DNA from: Myxococcota bacterium
GTDB taxonomy: Bacteria > Myxococcota_A > UBA796 > CAJQPC01
Reading direction: 5' to 3'
Length of the DNA stretch: 64,000 bases
Assembly: GCA_036229005.1 (NCBI GenBank)
Contig: JAZAMN010000018.1
Location: 27,647-91,646 of the forward strand
Made by a program: the position numbers and the translations under genes. Below are positions 1 through 9,819 of this stretch, in pieces. Positions within the stretch are counted from its first letter, which is position 1, and the number at the start of each line of letters is the position of its first letter. The notes beneath the pieces were generated by a model that saw nothing but the letters and a program-made list of their open reading frames with translations, made no database searches and was not told the DNA's origin.

Positions 1-2
1 AC

Positions 3-1316
3 TTCCGGGAGACCGAGCAGGTCATCCAGGCCGCCACCAACCTCAACGCGCGCGAGTGCACCCCCGTCGAGATGGCCACCGCCGAGGCCAACCTCGCCTT
101 CACCCAGGTGGAGTTCCAGGAGGGCGACACCCGCCGCGCCCGCGAGCACCTGGACATCGCGATGGCCAACGGCAAGATCGCCCTGGACACCGCCCCGAGC
201 TGCATCCCCGTGGACTCGGACGGCGACGGCATCCTGGACACCCAGGACCTCTGCGTCGACGAGCCCGAGGACTTCGACGGCCGGGAAGACCACGACGGCT
301 GCCCCGACATCACCGGCGACTCCGACGGCGACGGCCTGGACGACGACACCGACCAGTGCCCCGCGGAGGCCGAGGACAAGGACGGCTTCCAGGACAGCGA
401 CGGCTGCCCCGATCCCGACAACGATCAGGACGGCGTGCTCGACGCCTCCGACCAGTGCGCCTCCCAGCCGGAGGACCTGGACGGCTTCGAGGACCAGGAC
501 GGCTGCCCCGACCGCGACAACGACCAGGACGGCGTGCCCGACACCGCCGACGCCTGCCCGAACACCGCCGGCCCCGAGAACGGCTGCCCCATCGCGGACA
601 AGGACGGCGACGGCTTCGTCGACACCATGGACGCCTGCCCCACCGAGCCCGGCGTGGCCCCTGACGGCTGCCCCCTGGCCGACTTCGACAAGGACGGGCT
701 CCCCGACGAGCAGGACCAGTGCCCCGGCGCCGCCGGACCGCGCCCCACCGGCTGCCCCGACGCCGACATGGACGGCGTGTTCGACCCGCAGGACCAGTGC
801 CCCACCACCCCCGGCCTCAAGCCCCACGGCTGCCCGGACACCGACGGGGACGGCATCGTGGACCAGGTCGACAAGTGCCCGGCCCAGCCCGAGAACTTCA
901 ACCAGTACCTGGACACCGACGGCTGCCCCGACGCCCCCCCGCAGAAGGTCAAGATCACCGGCCGCCAGATCGTGATCGAGGAGAAGATCCAGTTCGAGAC
1001 CGGCAAGGCCATCATCCGGCCGGCCTCCTACGAGATCCTGGACTCCGTCGTGCAGGTCATGCAGGACTACCCCCAGATCACCGTGCGCATCGAGGGCCAC
1101 ACCGACTCCGACGGCTCCGAGGCCGCCAACCAGCGCCTCTCCAAGGACCGCGCGGACGCCGTGTTCGAGTACATGGTCGCCCACGGCATCGAGGCCTCCC
1201 GGCTCCACACCGAAGGCTACGGCGAGACCCGCCCCATCGACACCAACCGCACCCCGGACGGCAAGGCCAACAACCGGCGCGTGGAGTTCCACATCGAGTC
1301 CGGGCTGGACGACTGA
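3..1316 (+). CDS. OmpA-family protein with thrombospondin type-3-like repeats (5' end outside window; DUF4398-like N-terminus)
   Basis: Frame open from the window edge; many DxDGDGxxDxxDxCP repeats; C-terminal OmpA domain (IEGHTDSDG...LSKDRA...NRRVEF). Confidence 0.92.
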   Translation, partial: FRETEQVIQAATNLNARECTPVEMATAEANLAFTQVEFQEGDTRRAREHLDIAMANGKIALDTAPSCIPVDSDGDGILDTQDLCVDEPEDFDGREDHDGCPDITGDSDGDGLDDDTDQCPAEAEDKDGFQDSDGCPDPDNDQDGVLDASDQCASQPEDLDGFEDQDGCPDRDNDQDGVPDTADACPNTAGPENGCPIADKDGDGFVDTMDACPTEPGVAPDGCPLADFDKDGLPDEQDQCPGAAGPRPTGCPDADMDGVFDPQDQCPTTPGLKPHGCPDTDGDGIVDQVDKCPAQPENFNQYLDTDGCPDAPPQKVKITGRQIVIEEKIQFETGKAIIRPASYEILDSVVQVMQDYPQITVRIEGHTDSDGSEAANQRLSKDRADAVFEYMVAHGIEASRLHTEGYGETRPIDTNRTPDGKANNRRVEFHIESGLDD

Positions 1317-1711
1317 GCCGCCACCCCCGGAAGCCCCGCCCCCTGGACGAGAAGACCTGCGTGATCTGCGGCCGCCGCATGGAGATGCGCGCGCGGTGGG
1401 CCGACTCCTGGGCCGACGTGAAGTACTGCTCACCCAGGTGCAGGAGGACGAAGCTGAACCGGACCGACCAGGCACTGGAGTCCACCATCCTGGACCTGTT
1501 GGCCCAGCGCGGCCGCAAGGGCAGGGTGTCCCCAGACGAGGTCACCCTGATCGTCTCCAGCGGCGTCCAGGAGGCCGCCGACCTGCTCCGTGAGCGCTGC
1601 CGCATGGCCGCCCGCCGCCTGGCCGCTCAGGGGCGCGTGGAGCTCATCCAGAAGGGCCGCCCCGCGGACCCCAGCACCGCGCGCGGCCCCTTCGAGCTGC
1701 GCCTGCGCTGA
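1313..1711 (+). CDS. DUF2256/DUF3253 domain protein (start uncertain)
   Basis: EKTCVICGRRMEMRARW...VKYCSPRCRR then LESTILDLLAQR...AARRLAAQGRVELIQKG...RGPFELR; 3' part of ORF 719..1711. Confidence 0.8.
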   Translation: MSRHPRKPRPLDEKTCVICGRRMEMRARWADSWADVKYCSPRCRRTKLNRTDQALESTILDLLAQRGRKGRVSPDEVTLIVSSGVQEAADLLRERCRMAARRLAAQGRVELIQKGRPADPSTARGPFELRLR

Positions 1712-1741
1712 GATCCCCGCCAGGCGGCTCCCCGACCCGGC

Positions 1742-2659
1742 TCAGCCCAGCAGCCGCTTCGCCATGCGCGCCAGGTAGGACATCCCCACAACGCCGGCCT
1801 CGGCCTCGACCTTGCCGTTGTAGTTGGTCGTGCCGTTGATGTCGTAGGTGTAGCGGTGGCCCTGGGCGTCGGTCACGAACTCGATGCCCGCCAGCGCGAT
1901 CCCGTGGCGCCGCATCAGCTCCAGGTACTTGCCCACCAGCGGGTCATCGGCGGAGAACTTCGGGTCCCAGCGGAAGGTGTCCGAGGGCTCCGTGGGGCAG
2001 AACGCGCCCTCGTCGATCGCGCAGGCATCCGCCGGGCACAGCTCGAAGCCACCGGCCGTGCTGGAACGCATCGCGTAGACCAGCTCCCCGTCCGCGAGCT
2101 CGATGCGCGTGATGGCCCCGTCCGCCGGCTCGATGTACTGCTGCAGCAGGGTCACGCCGCCGGGGTCTTCCACGAAGTCCGGGCCGTCCAGGTAGGCGTC
2201 GAAGGCCTTCAGGTCCCGGAAGAGCTGCACACCCAGGCCCTTGCCGCCCTGGTCGTGCTTGGTGATGAAGGGCAGGGACATCTGGCGCGCAGCTTCACGC
2301 AGCGCCTCCTTCCCCACCGCGCCGACCGTGCGCGGGGTGCGCACACCCACTGCCTGCAGCGCCAGGTCCTGCCGCACCTTGGACAGCTCGATCGCAAAGG
2401 CCGCGCTGCCGTTGATCACAGGTCGACCGTGGGCTTCCAGCCAGAGCAGCAGGTTCTGGGTGTGCCGGACGCCGCCCTGGTGCCCGCGGGTGTGCGAGCT
2501 GGGCGACATGCGGTTGATCCACACGCCAGCGGGCGGCTCGCCGCCCAGGTCTACGCTGCCACCTTCAACGAAATGGTAGGTGACAGGCAGATTCTCCGCC
2601 TCCAGCGCCTCCTTGAGGGGGGGCAGCCAGTCGGGGTTCTCGTACAGGACGTGGATCAT
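1742..2659 (-). CDS. ATP-grasp ligase, RimK/glutathione synthetase-like
   Basis: NRMSPSSHTRGH, KHDQGGKGLGVQLF, LLQQYI, GIEF...YDINGTTNYN motifs. Confidence 0.88.
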   Translation of the reverse strand: MIHVLYENPDWLPPLKEALEAENLPVTYHFVEGGSVDLGGEPPAGVWINRMSPSSHTRGHQGGVRHTQNLLLWLEAHGRPVINGSAAFAIELSKVRQDLALQAVGVRTPRTVGAVGKEALREAARQMSLPFITKHDQGGKGLGVQLFRDLKAFDAYLDGPDFVEDPGGVTLLQQYIEPADGAITRIELADGELVYAMRSSTAGGFELCPADACAIDEGAFCPTEPSDTFRWDPKFSADDPLVGKYLELMRRHGIALAGIEFVTDAQGHRYTYDINGTTNYNGKVEAEAGVVGMSYLARMAKRLLG

Positions 2660-2677
2660 GGGACCTCCAGCCGCCCC

Positions 2678-3529
2678 CTAATCCCAGGCAGCCACCATGT
2701 TGCGCCCATATTCCAGACCGGGGACCGGCACCGGCTGCGGCAGCCTCCCCGGGGACAGCCTCCAGAGCGCCTGGGTCTCCAGCAGGTAGATGTCCTCGCC
2801 GAACGCCATCACGTCGACGGGCTCGCGGAGCTGCTCCGGTCCCATCGGTGTGCCCACCCGCTCTCCAGTGGCCGGGTCCAGCACGACCAGCTCCTGAGCG
2901 AACCAATCGGCGACCCACAGCAACCCTCGGTCCACCGCCAGGCCCGTCACGGACTGCAGCACCGGGTAGGGCGCCAGCTCACCAGCGAGGACACCCTGCT
3001 CCAGATCCCACGCCTGCAGCAGCCCCTGCCCCCGGATGCTGGGCGCGCTGCCCACCCAGGTCAGGCCCTCGTCCTGGGAGATGGCCATGCTGTGGGCGCT
3101 GCGCAGCACGGCGTCCAGCTCGGCCGGGTCCGGCGAGATGCGCAGCAGGTTGCGGGTGTCGTTGCCCAGAGCCAGCAGCTCGCCGTCCAGCAGCTCCAGC
3201 GCGCAGGGCTCCTCCAGGCGCAGGGTGCCCCAGCCGTTGTCGTGGAGCAGCTCCAGGAACTCCCCGGTGGCGCGGTCCACGCGGTAGATCTCGCCGCCGT
3301 CCGAGTTCGCGACCAGCAGGTCCTCGCCGGCGAGCGCGAGCGCAGAGGGCTTGAAGCCGTCCCTGCGATGCTCAGGCGGTATGGATGCCACCGTGACCAG
3401 CGGCTCCAGAGCCTCCCCCTCCTGGAAGGACCACACGGTCTGAGCCTGCAGGTCGGCGACGTAGAGCTGGGGGCGCTCCCCCTGGAGGGGGGCTTGGCTG
3501 CATGCGATCGCGAGCCAGATGAGCGACAC
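2678..3529 (-). CDS. Putative lipoprotein, NHL/beta-propeller-like
   Basis: WLAIAC lipobox-like N-terminus; repeated LYVAD/LLVAN/LWVAD blade-like motifs. Confidence 0.65.
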   Translation of the reverse strand: MSLIWLAIACSQAPLQGERPQLYVADLQAQTVWSFQEGEALEPLVTVASIPPEHRRDGFKPSALALAGEDLLVANSDGGEIYRVDRATGEFLELLHDNGWGTLRLEEPCALELLDGELLALGNDTRNLLRISPDPAELDAVLRSAHSMAISQDEGLTWVGSAPSIRGQGLLQAWDLEQGVLAGELAPYPVLQSVTGLAVDRGLLWVADWFAQELVVLDPATGERVGTPMGPEQLREPVDVMAFGEDIYLLETQALWRLSPGRLPQPVPVPGLEYGRNMVAAWD

Positions 3530-3598
3530 CGTCCGTCACCTCCGTGACACATTCATGCCACAGATCGGACGCGGGACGCAAAGACTGAAACGCGCCGT

Positions 3599-4822
3599 TC
3601 AGGCGAGCTCCATGGTCGCCCGGCGGTAGAAGTTGTCCCAGTCCACCACCCGCACCCGCAGAGACATGCTGCTGCCCGGGGACAGGCTCTGGAGCTCGGC
3701 GTTGCGGGACTCCGGGAAGCGCACGGCCACCGCGCAGGCGCCCACCTTGCCCAGCAGCGTCATGCCCTCGCGGAGATCGTCGGAGAGGCCCACGCCGCGG
3801 GTGCGCTCGCTGCCTTCGACCACCACCTGGACCTGCAGGGTCTCGGTCTCGAGCTGCTCCAACAGCTCGGAGCGCTGGCGGTAGCCCAGGCTGCGCTCGG
3901 CCAGCTTCTCCAGGCGGGGGTCGGTGCCAGAGGGCTGAGGCGCCGCCTTGGGCGCGGGGGGCGGCTGGGAGGCGGCCGGCTGGGAGGCAGGCTGCGGGGC
4001 GGGTGCGCTGTCCTTCTGCAGGTCCGTGATGTCCCAGCGCACCTTCTCGGGCTTCTTCTCGGGAGCGGGCGGGATCACCGGGGGCAGCTCGCTGGGGGGC
4101 GGCAGCTCCGCGGGCTTGGCGGGCGCGTCGGGGTCGAAGAAGATGTCCTTGGCCGGGGCCGGCTTCTTCTCGGGCGCCGGGGCCTCCCAGGGCTGCACGA
4201 CCGGCCCGGAGTCGGCGGCCTGGCCGGAGATCCAGGCCATGTGGTCGACCACGTTGTCCAGGTGGTTCTGGAGCTGCGCGGTGTTCTTCATGTAGCCGAG
4301 CACCAGCGTCACGGCGCCCTCGCGCTCGTTCAGGCGGGACTGCGCGCCCTGGCCGATGAAGCTCAGGATGCCGTCCCCCACGCGGCCCTTGGGCGTGCGC
4401 TTGTTGAAGAAGGCGACCACCTGGGCGGGGTCGTCTCCCTTGATCAGCAGCGCGTTGTCCAACGTGGGGTCGCCGACCTGGATGTCCTGGCCGCCAAAGA
4501 ACTTGCCGATCTTGCCGCCCAGGCCCTCCTTGGTGACGTTCAGGCCCGAGGGGACCCGGTCCGGGAAGGCCACCCGGAAGCGCGTGTACGTGGTCTTGTG
4601 CTTGCCGGAGCCGTGCACTTCTATGTCCACGTTCACCATGAAGCCCCGGTAGATCCCCGACAGCTTGGGGTGGCCGTAGCTGCTCTGGGAGAAGATCTCC
4701 AAGCCCAGCTGCGCGGCGGCCTGGGCGTACATGGCGTTCCGCTTCTTGGCCTGGCTCATGCCCCACCAGACGATCAGGCCGAACACCCCGATCATGAACA
4801 CCATCGGGAAGATCGCTTCCAA
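3599..4822 (-). CDS. Membrane-anchored hypothetical protein with Pro-rich linker
   Basis: N-terminal TM helix, 407-aa ORF with typical codon bias, TTG start after GGAGG. Confidence 0.75.
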   Translation of the reverse strand: MEAIFPMVFMIGVFGLIVWWGMSQAKKRNAMYAQAAAQLGLEIFSQSSYGHPKLSGIYRGFMVNVDIEVHGSGKHKTTYTRFRVAFPDRVPSGLNVTKEGLGGKIGKFFGGQDIQVGDPTLDNALLIKGDDPAQVVAFFNKRTPKGRVGDGILSFIGQGAQSRLNEREGAVTLVLGYMKNTAQLQNHLDNVVDHMAWISGQAADSGPVVQPWEAPAPEKKPAPAKDIFFDPDAPAKPAELPPPSELPPVIPPAPEKKPEKVRWDITDLQKDSAPAPQPASQPAASQPPPAPKAAPQPSGTDPRLEKLAERSLGYRQRSELLEQLETETLQVQVVVEGSERTRGVGLSDDLREGMTLLGKVGACAVAVRFPESRNAELQSLSPGSSMSLRVRVVDWDNFYRRATMELA

Positions 4823-4830
4823 GTCCCCTC

Positions 4831-5016
4831 CTACTTGACCTGGTCGCCGGGGACCTGGCCGGTGAGCTCAGAGCTCAGGTTGTCCGAGAGCGCGCGCGTG
4901 TTGACCTGCACGGTGTCCGAGAAGCTCAGCATCGCGGCGATCACCGCCACGCTGACCAGAGAGATCAGGAGCATGTATTCGACCGTGGACTGGCCCTGGC
5001 GCGCTTTTGCTTTCAT
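4831..5016 (-). CDS. Flp/Tad-type (type IVb) pilin-like protein
   Basis: RQG|QSTVEYMLLISLVSVAVIAA prepilin site with E5/Y6 and a hydrophobic helix; 61 aa. Confidence 0.8.
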   Translation of the reverse strand: MKAKARQGQSTVEYMLLISLVSVAVIAAMLSFSDTVQVNTRALSDNLSSELTGQVPGDQVK

Positions 5017-5039
5017 CTGGGGGAGTGTAGCGCGTGGGC

Positions 5040-5399
5040 TCAGGTGCGGGCGTCGTACTCCGCCTCGGCCGCGTCATGTGCCGCACGTATCAGCGCTTGA
5101 TCCACCAGCGAGGACAGGCTGCTGAGATCCCGCTCGAAACCGGGGCGGGTGAGGGTCGCGCTCCCGACCTCCGCCACGGTGAATTGGACCCCGGGCTCCA
5201 CCTGCCGGACGAACACGCGCACCGCGAACCCCTCCAGCTCCCCCCGCAGCTCCGGGCTGCCGGAGACGCCCCCGCCGACCAGCTCCAGGCCCTTGCTCCG
5301 GGCGAGCTTGCGCCAGGCCTGCTTGCGGCGGAAGCGGTACCAGGTGCCCATCCCCAGCGCCGCGCCGGTGGCGACCACGACCGAGGTGAGCACCTCCAC
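5040..5399 (-). CDS. Small membrane-anchored hypothetical protein
   Basis: GTG start just after the upstream stop; TM helix then AWRKLARSKGLEL...PELRGELEGFAVRV. Confidence 0.6.
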   Translation of the reverse strand: MEVLTSVVVATGAALGMGTWYRFRRKQAWRKLARSKGLELVGGGVSGSPELRGELEGFAVRVFVRQVEPGVQFTVAEVGSATLTRPGFERDLSSLSSLVDQALIRAAHDAAEAEYDART

Positions 5400-5403
5400 T
5401 GGA

Positions 5404-6210
5404 CTACTCCTCGCCCAGCTTCTTGCCCTCGGTCTGGACCTCGCTGGTGTCGCCGGTCTTGAGGCCGGCCGCCCGGGAGGCCCCGCCGTCACCGTCGGAC
5501 ATCGTGTAGGTCCCCAGCACCCAGGAGATCACCTTGGGCTCGAGCTCGGGCTCCTTGTTGAGCATCTTGGTGCCGTGGCCGGCGGCGTCGTAGATCACCA
5601 GCTCGTGCACGCCCTTGGCCTTGGAGTCGAGCACCAGCCCGCTCTTGGCGGAGTAGCGGTCGTCCTTGGAGACGACGATCAGGATGGGGCGCTCGCCGTA
5701 GGCCGCCATGGCCTCCTCGGAGGTCACGCCCTTGTAGTCCAGGCCCGGCGACAGGAGGATGACCGAGCGGATCTCGGCGTCCTCCGCGGCCACCTGCAGG
5801 GCCAGGTTCGCCCCGATGGAGGCCCCGATGAGCTGAATGTCGGTGAAGCCCTCCTTGCGCAGGTGCGCGACGGCGGCCTGCACGTCCTGCTTCATTCCCG
5901 CGAAGTCCTCGGGGCTCAGCTCCGGGCGGCCGCTGCCCTCGGGCAGGTTGGCGCCGTGCTTGCGCAGATCCACCGCGAGGGTGGTGATGTCGTTCCCGTT
6001 GAGCTTGTCGGCCACAAAGCGCCAGTCCTTGGCGCTGCGCCCCAGCATGTGCACCAACACGACGGCGCTCTCGCCCTTGGCCTTCTTGTAGTCGGCGTGC
6101 AGCGCCGTACCGTCCTTGGCCTTGAGGGTGATCTCCTCGGCCGCTGCGGGGGCGGCGAAGAGCAGGAGCATGGGCAGCAGCGCTGCGATGCGGGAGAGGA
6201 TCTTGGTCAA
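5404..6210 (-). CDS. Secreted alpha/beta hydrolase
   Basis: Signal peptide, VVLVHMLG, GASIG nucleophile elbow, AGHGT catalytic His. Confidence 0.88.
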   Translation of the reverse strand: MTKILSRIAALLPMLLLFAAPAAAEEITLKAKDGTALHADYKKAKGESAVVLVHMLGRSAKDWRFVADKLNGNDITTLAVDLRKHGANLPEGSGRPELSPEDFAGMKQDVQAAVAHLRKEGFTDIQLIGASIGANLALQVAAEDAEIRSVILLSPGLDYKGVTSEEAMAAYGERPILIVVSKDDRYSAKSGLVLDSKAKGVHELVIYDAAGHGTKMLNKEPELEPKVISWVLGTYTMSDGDGGASRAAGLKTGDTSEVQTEGKKLGEE

Positions 6211-6327
6211 GGGACACTCCGGGATGCGTTGAGCCTACGTCCGCCCGCCCCCCGTGGGCAAGGCCGGTGGACACCCGCCACACATCGGCCCGCGCCCACC
6301 CGCTCTGGAGTCAGAGCGCGCGCGGAA

Positions 6328-6732
6328 TCAACCCTGGGGCGCGCGCGCCGATTCCAGCAGGGCGTTGAGCTCCGCCAGCAGAGGCTCCAAGGGGATCCCG
6401 TAGCCAAAGGCCACCTCCTCCAAGCGCTCGTCCTCACCCACCGGGCAGCTCGGGCAGTCGGGCAGGTGGTGGCGCGTGAAGATCGCCCGCACCCCCGGGT
6501 GGCGCCTCCAGGCCTGGTGCACGGTGGTCTGGGCAGAAAAAGCAGAGGTGCGCGCTTGGAGATCCTGCTCCAACCGCGCCAGCCTGTCCTCGACTGCGCC
6601 CAGACGATCCTTGTTGGCGTGCGCGAGGTCATTGCAGCGTTGAAGCTCGGATCTGCGCGAGCCCAGGGTCCCCTCCAGGACCCGGGAGATCCGATGTCTC
6701 AGCCAGCCATCGACGCGAGATGGAAGGGCCAT
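6328..6732 (-). CDS. DUF1858-like domain protein with CxxC
   Basis: TTVHQAWRRHPGVRAIF...CPSCPVGEDERLEEVAFGYGIPLEPLLAELN. Confidence 0.7.
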   Translation of the reverse strand: MALPSRVDGWLRHRISRVLEGTLGSRRSELQRCNDLAHANKDRLGAVEDRLARLEQDLQARTSAFSAQTTVHQAWRRHPGVRAIFTRHHLPDCPSCPVGEDERLEEVAFGYGIPLEPLLAELNALLESARAPQG

Positions 6733-6778
6733 GGGGGCTCCTGGGGGGCTCGGGTTGGGGTGCCAGGGCTATCCGGTG

Positions 6779-6807
6779 TTGACAGCTCGGGGAAGCGATC
6801 TTAGATG
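6779..6807 (+). promoter_or_regulatory. Possible sigma70 promoter for tadA-tRNA-ffs
   Basis: Perfect TTGACA, 17 nt, then TAGATG (weak -10). Confidence 0.35.
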
Positions 6808-6859
6808 CGGTGGGCTCTCAGGGAACTCCCTGAGCCGGCTGATCTTTGATGAGACCAGG

Positions 6860-7369
6860 ATGAACGGTCCCGACACGCACCGCGGCTACATGGCCCAGGC
6901 CATCGAGCAAGCGGAGCGCGCGGCCAGGCTGGGAGAAGTCCCAGTGGGCGCGGTCGTCGTGGACGCAGCGGGCAATGTGCTCTCCCGAGCGCACAACACC
7001 CGCGAGACGGAGAACGACCCCTGTGGTCACGCTGAGCTGATCGCCATCCGGCGCGCAGCCCAGGCACAAGGGCACTGGCGCCTGGAAGGGTGCACGGTCT
7101 ACGTCACGCTGGAGCCCTGCGCGATGTGCGCTGGAGCCATGGTGCTCTCTCGCATCGAGCGCTGCGTCTTTGGCGCCACCGACCCCAAAGCTGGCTTCTG
7201 CGGCAGCATCGGCGACCTGCACGACAACCCCAAGCTCAACCACAGCTTCGCGCTGGAGCCCGGGGTCGAGGCGGAGCGCTGCTCTACGCTGCTCAGCGAC
7301 TTCTTCAAGGAGCTCCGGCGGCGAAAGAAGCTCGCCCGGCAGGAGGCCAAAAGCCAGGACCAAAGCTGA
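6860..7369 (+). CDS. tadA: tRNA adenosine(34) deaminase
   Basis: GEVPVGAV, HAE, TLEPCAMCAGA, DPKAG motifs. Confidence 0.95.
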   Translation: MNGPDTHRGYMAQAIEQAERAARLGEVPVGAVVVDAAGNVLSRAHNTRETENDPCGHAELIAIRRAAQAQGHWRLEGCTVYVTLEPCAMCAGAMVLSRIERCVFGATDPKAGFCGSIGDLHDNPKLNHSFALEPGVEAERCSTLLSDFFKELRRRKKLARQEAKSQDQS

Positions 7370-7374
7370 CTTAT

Positions 7375-7462
<88 letters not shown>

Positions 7463-7519
7463 CTTTCAAGCGGATCCGATTCATCCTGGATTCCCAATCT
7501 CGCATGCTGCGGGTGACCC

Positions 7520-7607
7520 GGAGGGGTGACCGAGTGGACGAAGGTGCACGACTGGAAATCGTGTGTGCGGCAACGTACCGAGGGTTCGAATCCCTCTCCC
7601 TCCGCCA
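7520..7607 (+). tRNA. tRNA-Ser (GGA)
   Basis: GGAGGGG/TCCCTCC acceptor stem, CACGA-CTGGAAA-TCGTG anticodon arm, long variable arm, GCCA end. Confidence 0.96.
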
Positions 7608-7675
7608 CCCGCAGCGCGTGTGAGCTCAGTGAGCTGCCCCCCATTGAGGGCAGCACAGAATCCTGGCTCGCCGAG

Positions 7676-7786
7676 CCAGGTGATGGCCGGGTCCCAGGGA
7701 CCGGGATCCGTGAACCCCGCCAGGGCCGGAAGGCAGCAACGGTAGTCGGACACCTCGGGGCCCTGGATCGCCCGGTCATCACCTGG
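7676..7786 (+). ncRNA. ffs: Signal recognition particle RNA
   Basis: SRP core GTGAACCCCGCCAGGGCCGGAAGGCAGCAACGGTAG closed by helix CCAGGTGATGGCCGGG/CCCGGTCATCACCTGG; usual position before dnaX. Confidence 0.93.
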
Positions 7787-7803
7787 CCCGACGGGCCTTT
7801 TTC
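7785..7803 (+). terminator. Intrinsic terminator after ffs
   Basis: GGCCC-GAC-GGGCC hairpin followed by TTTTT. Confidence 0.6.
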
Positions 7804-7881
7804 TGCTCTGGGGCCCAAGCCCCGAACAAGCCCGTCACGCAGCGCGGATGCCTTGTTAGGCTGCCTGGGCAGGAGCCCCCC

Positions 7882-9819
7882 ATGAGCTACCAGGCCATCG
7901 CCCGCAAGTGGCGGCCCACCACATTCGCGGAGATCTGTGGCCAGGGTCACGTGACCCGCACCCTGACCAACGCCCTGGAGCTGGGGCGGATCCACCACGC
8001 CTTCCTGTTCACAGGCGCCCGCGGCGTGGGCAAGACCACCGCCGCGCGGACCATGGCGCGCTGCCTGAACTGCCACAAGGGCCCCACCCCCACGCCCTGC
8101 GGGGAGTGCCCGTCCTGCCTGGACATCGGCCACGGCTCCAGCCCGGACGTGACCGAGATCGACGGCGCCTCCAACAACTCGGTCGAAGACGTGCGCGGCC
8201 TGCGCGACGCGGTGCGCTACCTGCCCAGCCGGGACAAGTACCGCGTCTACATCATCGACGAGGTCCACATGCTCTCGATCGGGGCCTTCAACGCCCTGCT
8301 CAAGACCCTGGAGGAGCCCCCGGACCACGTCGTGTTCATCTTCGCGACCACCGAGCCCCAGAAGATCCCGGACACCATCCTGTCCCGGGTGCAGCGCTTT
8401 GACTTCAAGCGCATCCCCACCACGGTGGTCGTCGGGCGCCTGCGCACCATCGTGGACGCCGAGAACATCGAGATCCCCGACGATGGCCTGCGCCTGATCG
8501 CGCGCGCCGGCGAGGGCTCGATGCGCGACGCCCAGTCCCTGCTGGACCAGGTCATCGCTTTCGGGGGCGACAAGGTGGACACCGCCCAGGTCGCGCAGAT
8601 CCTGGGCCTGGTGGACCGCGGGCTGCTCTACGGCTTCCTGGAGGGCCTGACCCAGGGCAAGCCGGAGCTGTGTCTGGACAGCATCGCCCAGGTCTACGAC
8701 TACGGCTACGAGCTGTCCCAGTTCACCAGCGAGCTGCTGGAGCTGCTGCGAAACGCGGCGTTGGCCGTCCTCTCTCCGGCGGCGCGCAAGCACATCGACG
8801 CGCCGGCCGAAGAGCTGCAGCGCCTGGAGACCCTGTGCAAGGGCCAGGACGCCGAGACCTTCTCCCGCTGGTTCCAGGTGATGCTGGCCGTGCACGACGA
8901 GGTCTCCCGCAGCTCCCGCCCCCGCCTGGTCCTGGAGATGGCCGTGGCGCGCCTGGCGCTGGTGCGTCCGGTGCAGCCGCTGGGCCACCTGGTGCAGCGC
9001 CTGGAGGGCCTGGAGCGCACCATGCGCCAGGGCGGCGTGCGGCCAAATGCTCGCTCTGGTGGGCGGGCACCTCGCGGCGGCCACTCCAATGGTGGACATC
9101 CCAACGGTGGACACGGCGGGCCCGACGACGCCCCCAGTGGCAGAGGCGGCCCCCGCGGTCCCCAGGCCCAGCTCAGCAGCGTGTCCTCGCCGGCGCCCGC
9201 GCGCCTTGGCCCCCAGGCGACGGCCCACAAGCTGGAGGAGGTGAGCCGAGGACCGCATCTGGTCGAGCTCCCTCCCCCACCCCCTGAGCCCGTGTCCCCC
9301 GAGCAGGCCCCGCCACCGGAGCCCACCAGCGAGGACATGGCGGGTGCCTTCGAGCCCCAGGAGTTCCTGTCGGTCCCGCCGCCGGAGCCCCTGCCCGACG
9401 CCCTGAACGACGAGGCCCGCTACCAGGCCCTGCTGGCGTGGCTGGCGCCCCAGCGCGTGCGCTACTGGTCGGCCGCCGAGAGCACCGCGCTGCTGGGCGT
9501 GGAGAACAACGTGCTGCACATCGTGGCGCCCGGTCCGGCGGCCGTGAAGCGCTTCGAGAGCCTGCGCCAGGACGCGGATCTGCTGGAGGCCATCGGGATC
9601 TTGTTCCCGGGGGTGACGGCGCTCAAGGCCAGCCTGCGAAAGGACGCCGACAGCGCGCGGCTGACGCGGCGCGAGCTGCGGGCCAAGATGCTGGCCGACC
9701 ACAAGGCCATGCTGATCGCGGAGGCCAAAGAGGACACCGTGATCCTGCGGGTCCAGAAGGAGCTGGACGCGCACTTTGTGGACCTGATCCCCCTCTCTGA
9801 ACCGGAAGGACTGCCATGA
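7882..9819 (+). CDS. dnaX: DNA polymerase III subunit gamma/tau
   Basis: MSYQAIARKWRP, GARGVGKTT, EIDGASNN, IIDEVHML, LLKTLEEPP. Confidence 0.97.
   Translation: MSYQAIARKWRPTTFAEICGQGHVTRTLTNALELGRIHHAFLFTGARGVGKTTAARTMARCLNCHKGPTPTPCGECPSCLDIGHGSSPDVTEIDGASNNSVEDVRGLRDAVRYLPSRDKYRVYIIDEVHMLSIGAFNALLKTLEEPPDHVVFIFATTEPQKIPDTILSRVQRFDFKRIPTTVVVGRLRTIVDAENIEIPDDGLRLIARAGEGSMRDAQSLLDQVIAFGGDKVDTAQVAQILGLVDRGLLYGFLEGLTQGKPELCLDSIAQVYDYGYELSQFTSELLELLRNAALAVLSPAARKHIDAPAEELQRLETLCKGQDAETFSRWFQVMLAVHDEVSRSSRPRLVLEMAVARLALVRPVQPLGHLVQRLEGLERTMRQGGVRPNARSGGRAPRGGHSNGGHPNGGHGGPDDAPSGRGGPRGPQAQLSSVSSPAPARLGPQATAHKLEEVSRGPHLVELPPPPPEPVSPEQAPPPEPTSEDMAGAFEPQEFLSVPPPEPLPDALNDEARYQALLAWLAPQRVRYWSAAESTALLGVENNVLHIVAPGPAAVKRFESLRQDADLLEAIGILFPGVTALKASLRKDADSARLTRRELRAKMLADHKAMLIAEAKEDTVILRVQKELDAHFVDLIPLSEPEGLP

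Noticed and set aside
200..940. Repetitive DNA at the window start
   Set aside because: Explained by TSP3-like protein repeats of the OmpA-family gene.
7882..9819. Programmed frameshift in dnaX
   Set aside because: No AAAAAAG or long A-run slippery site seen.
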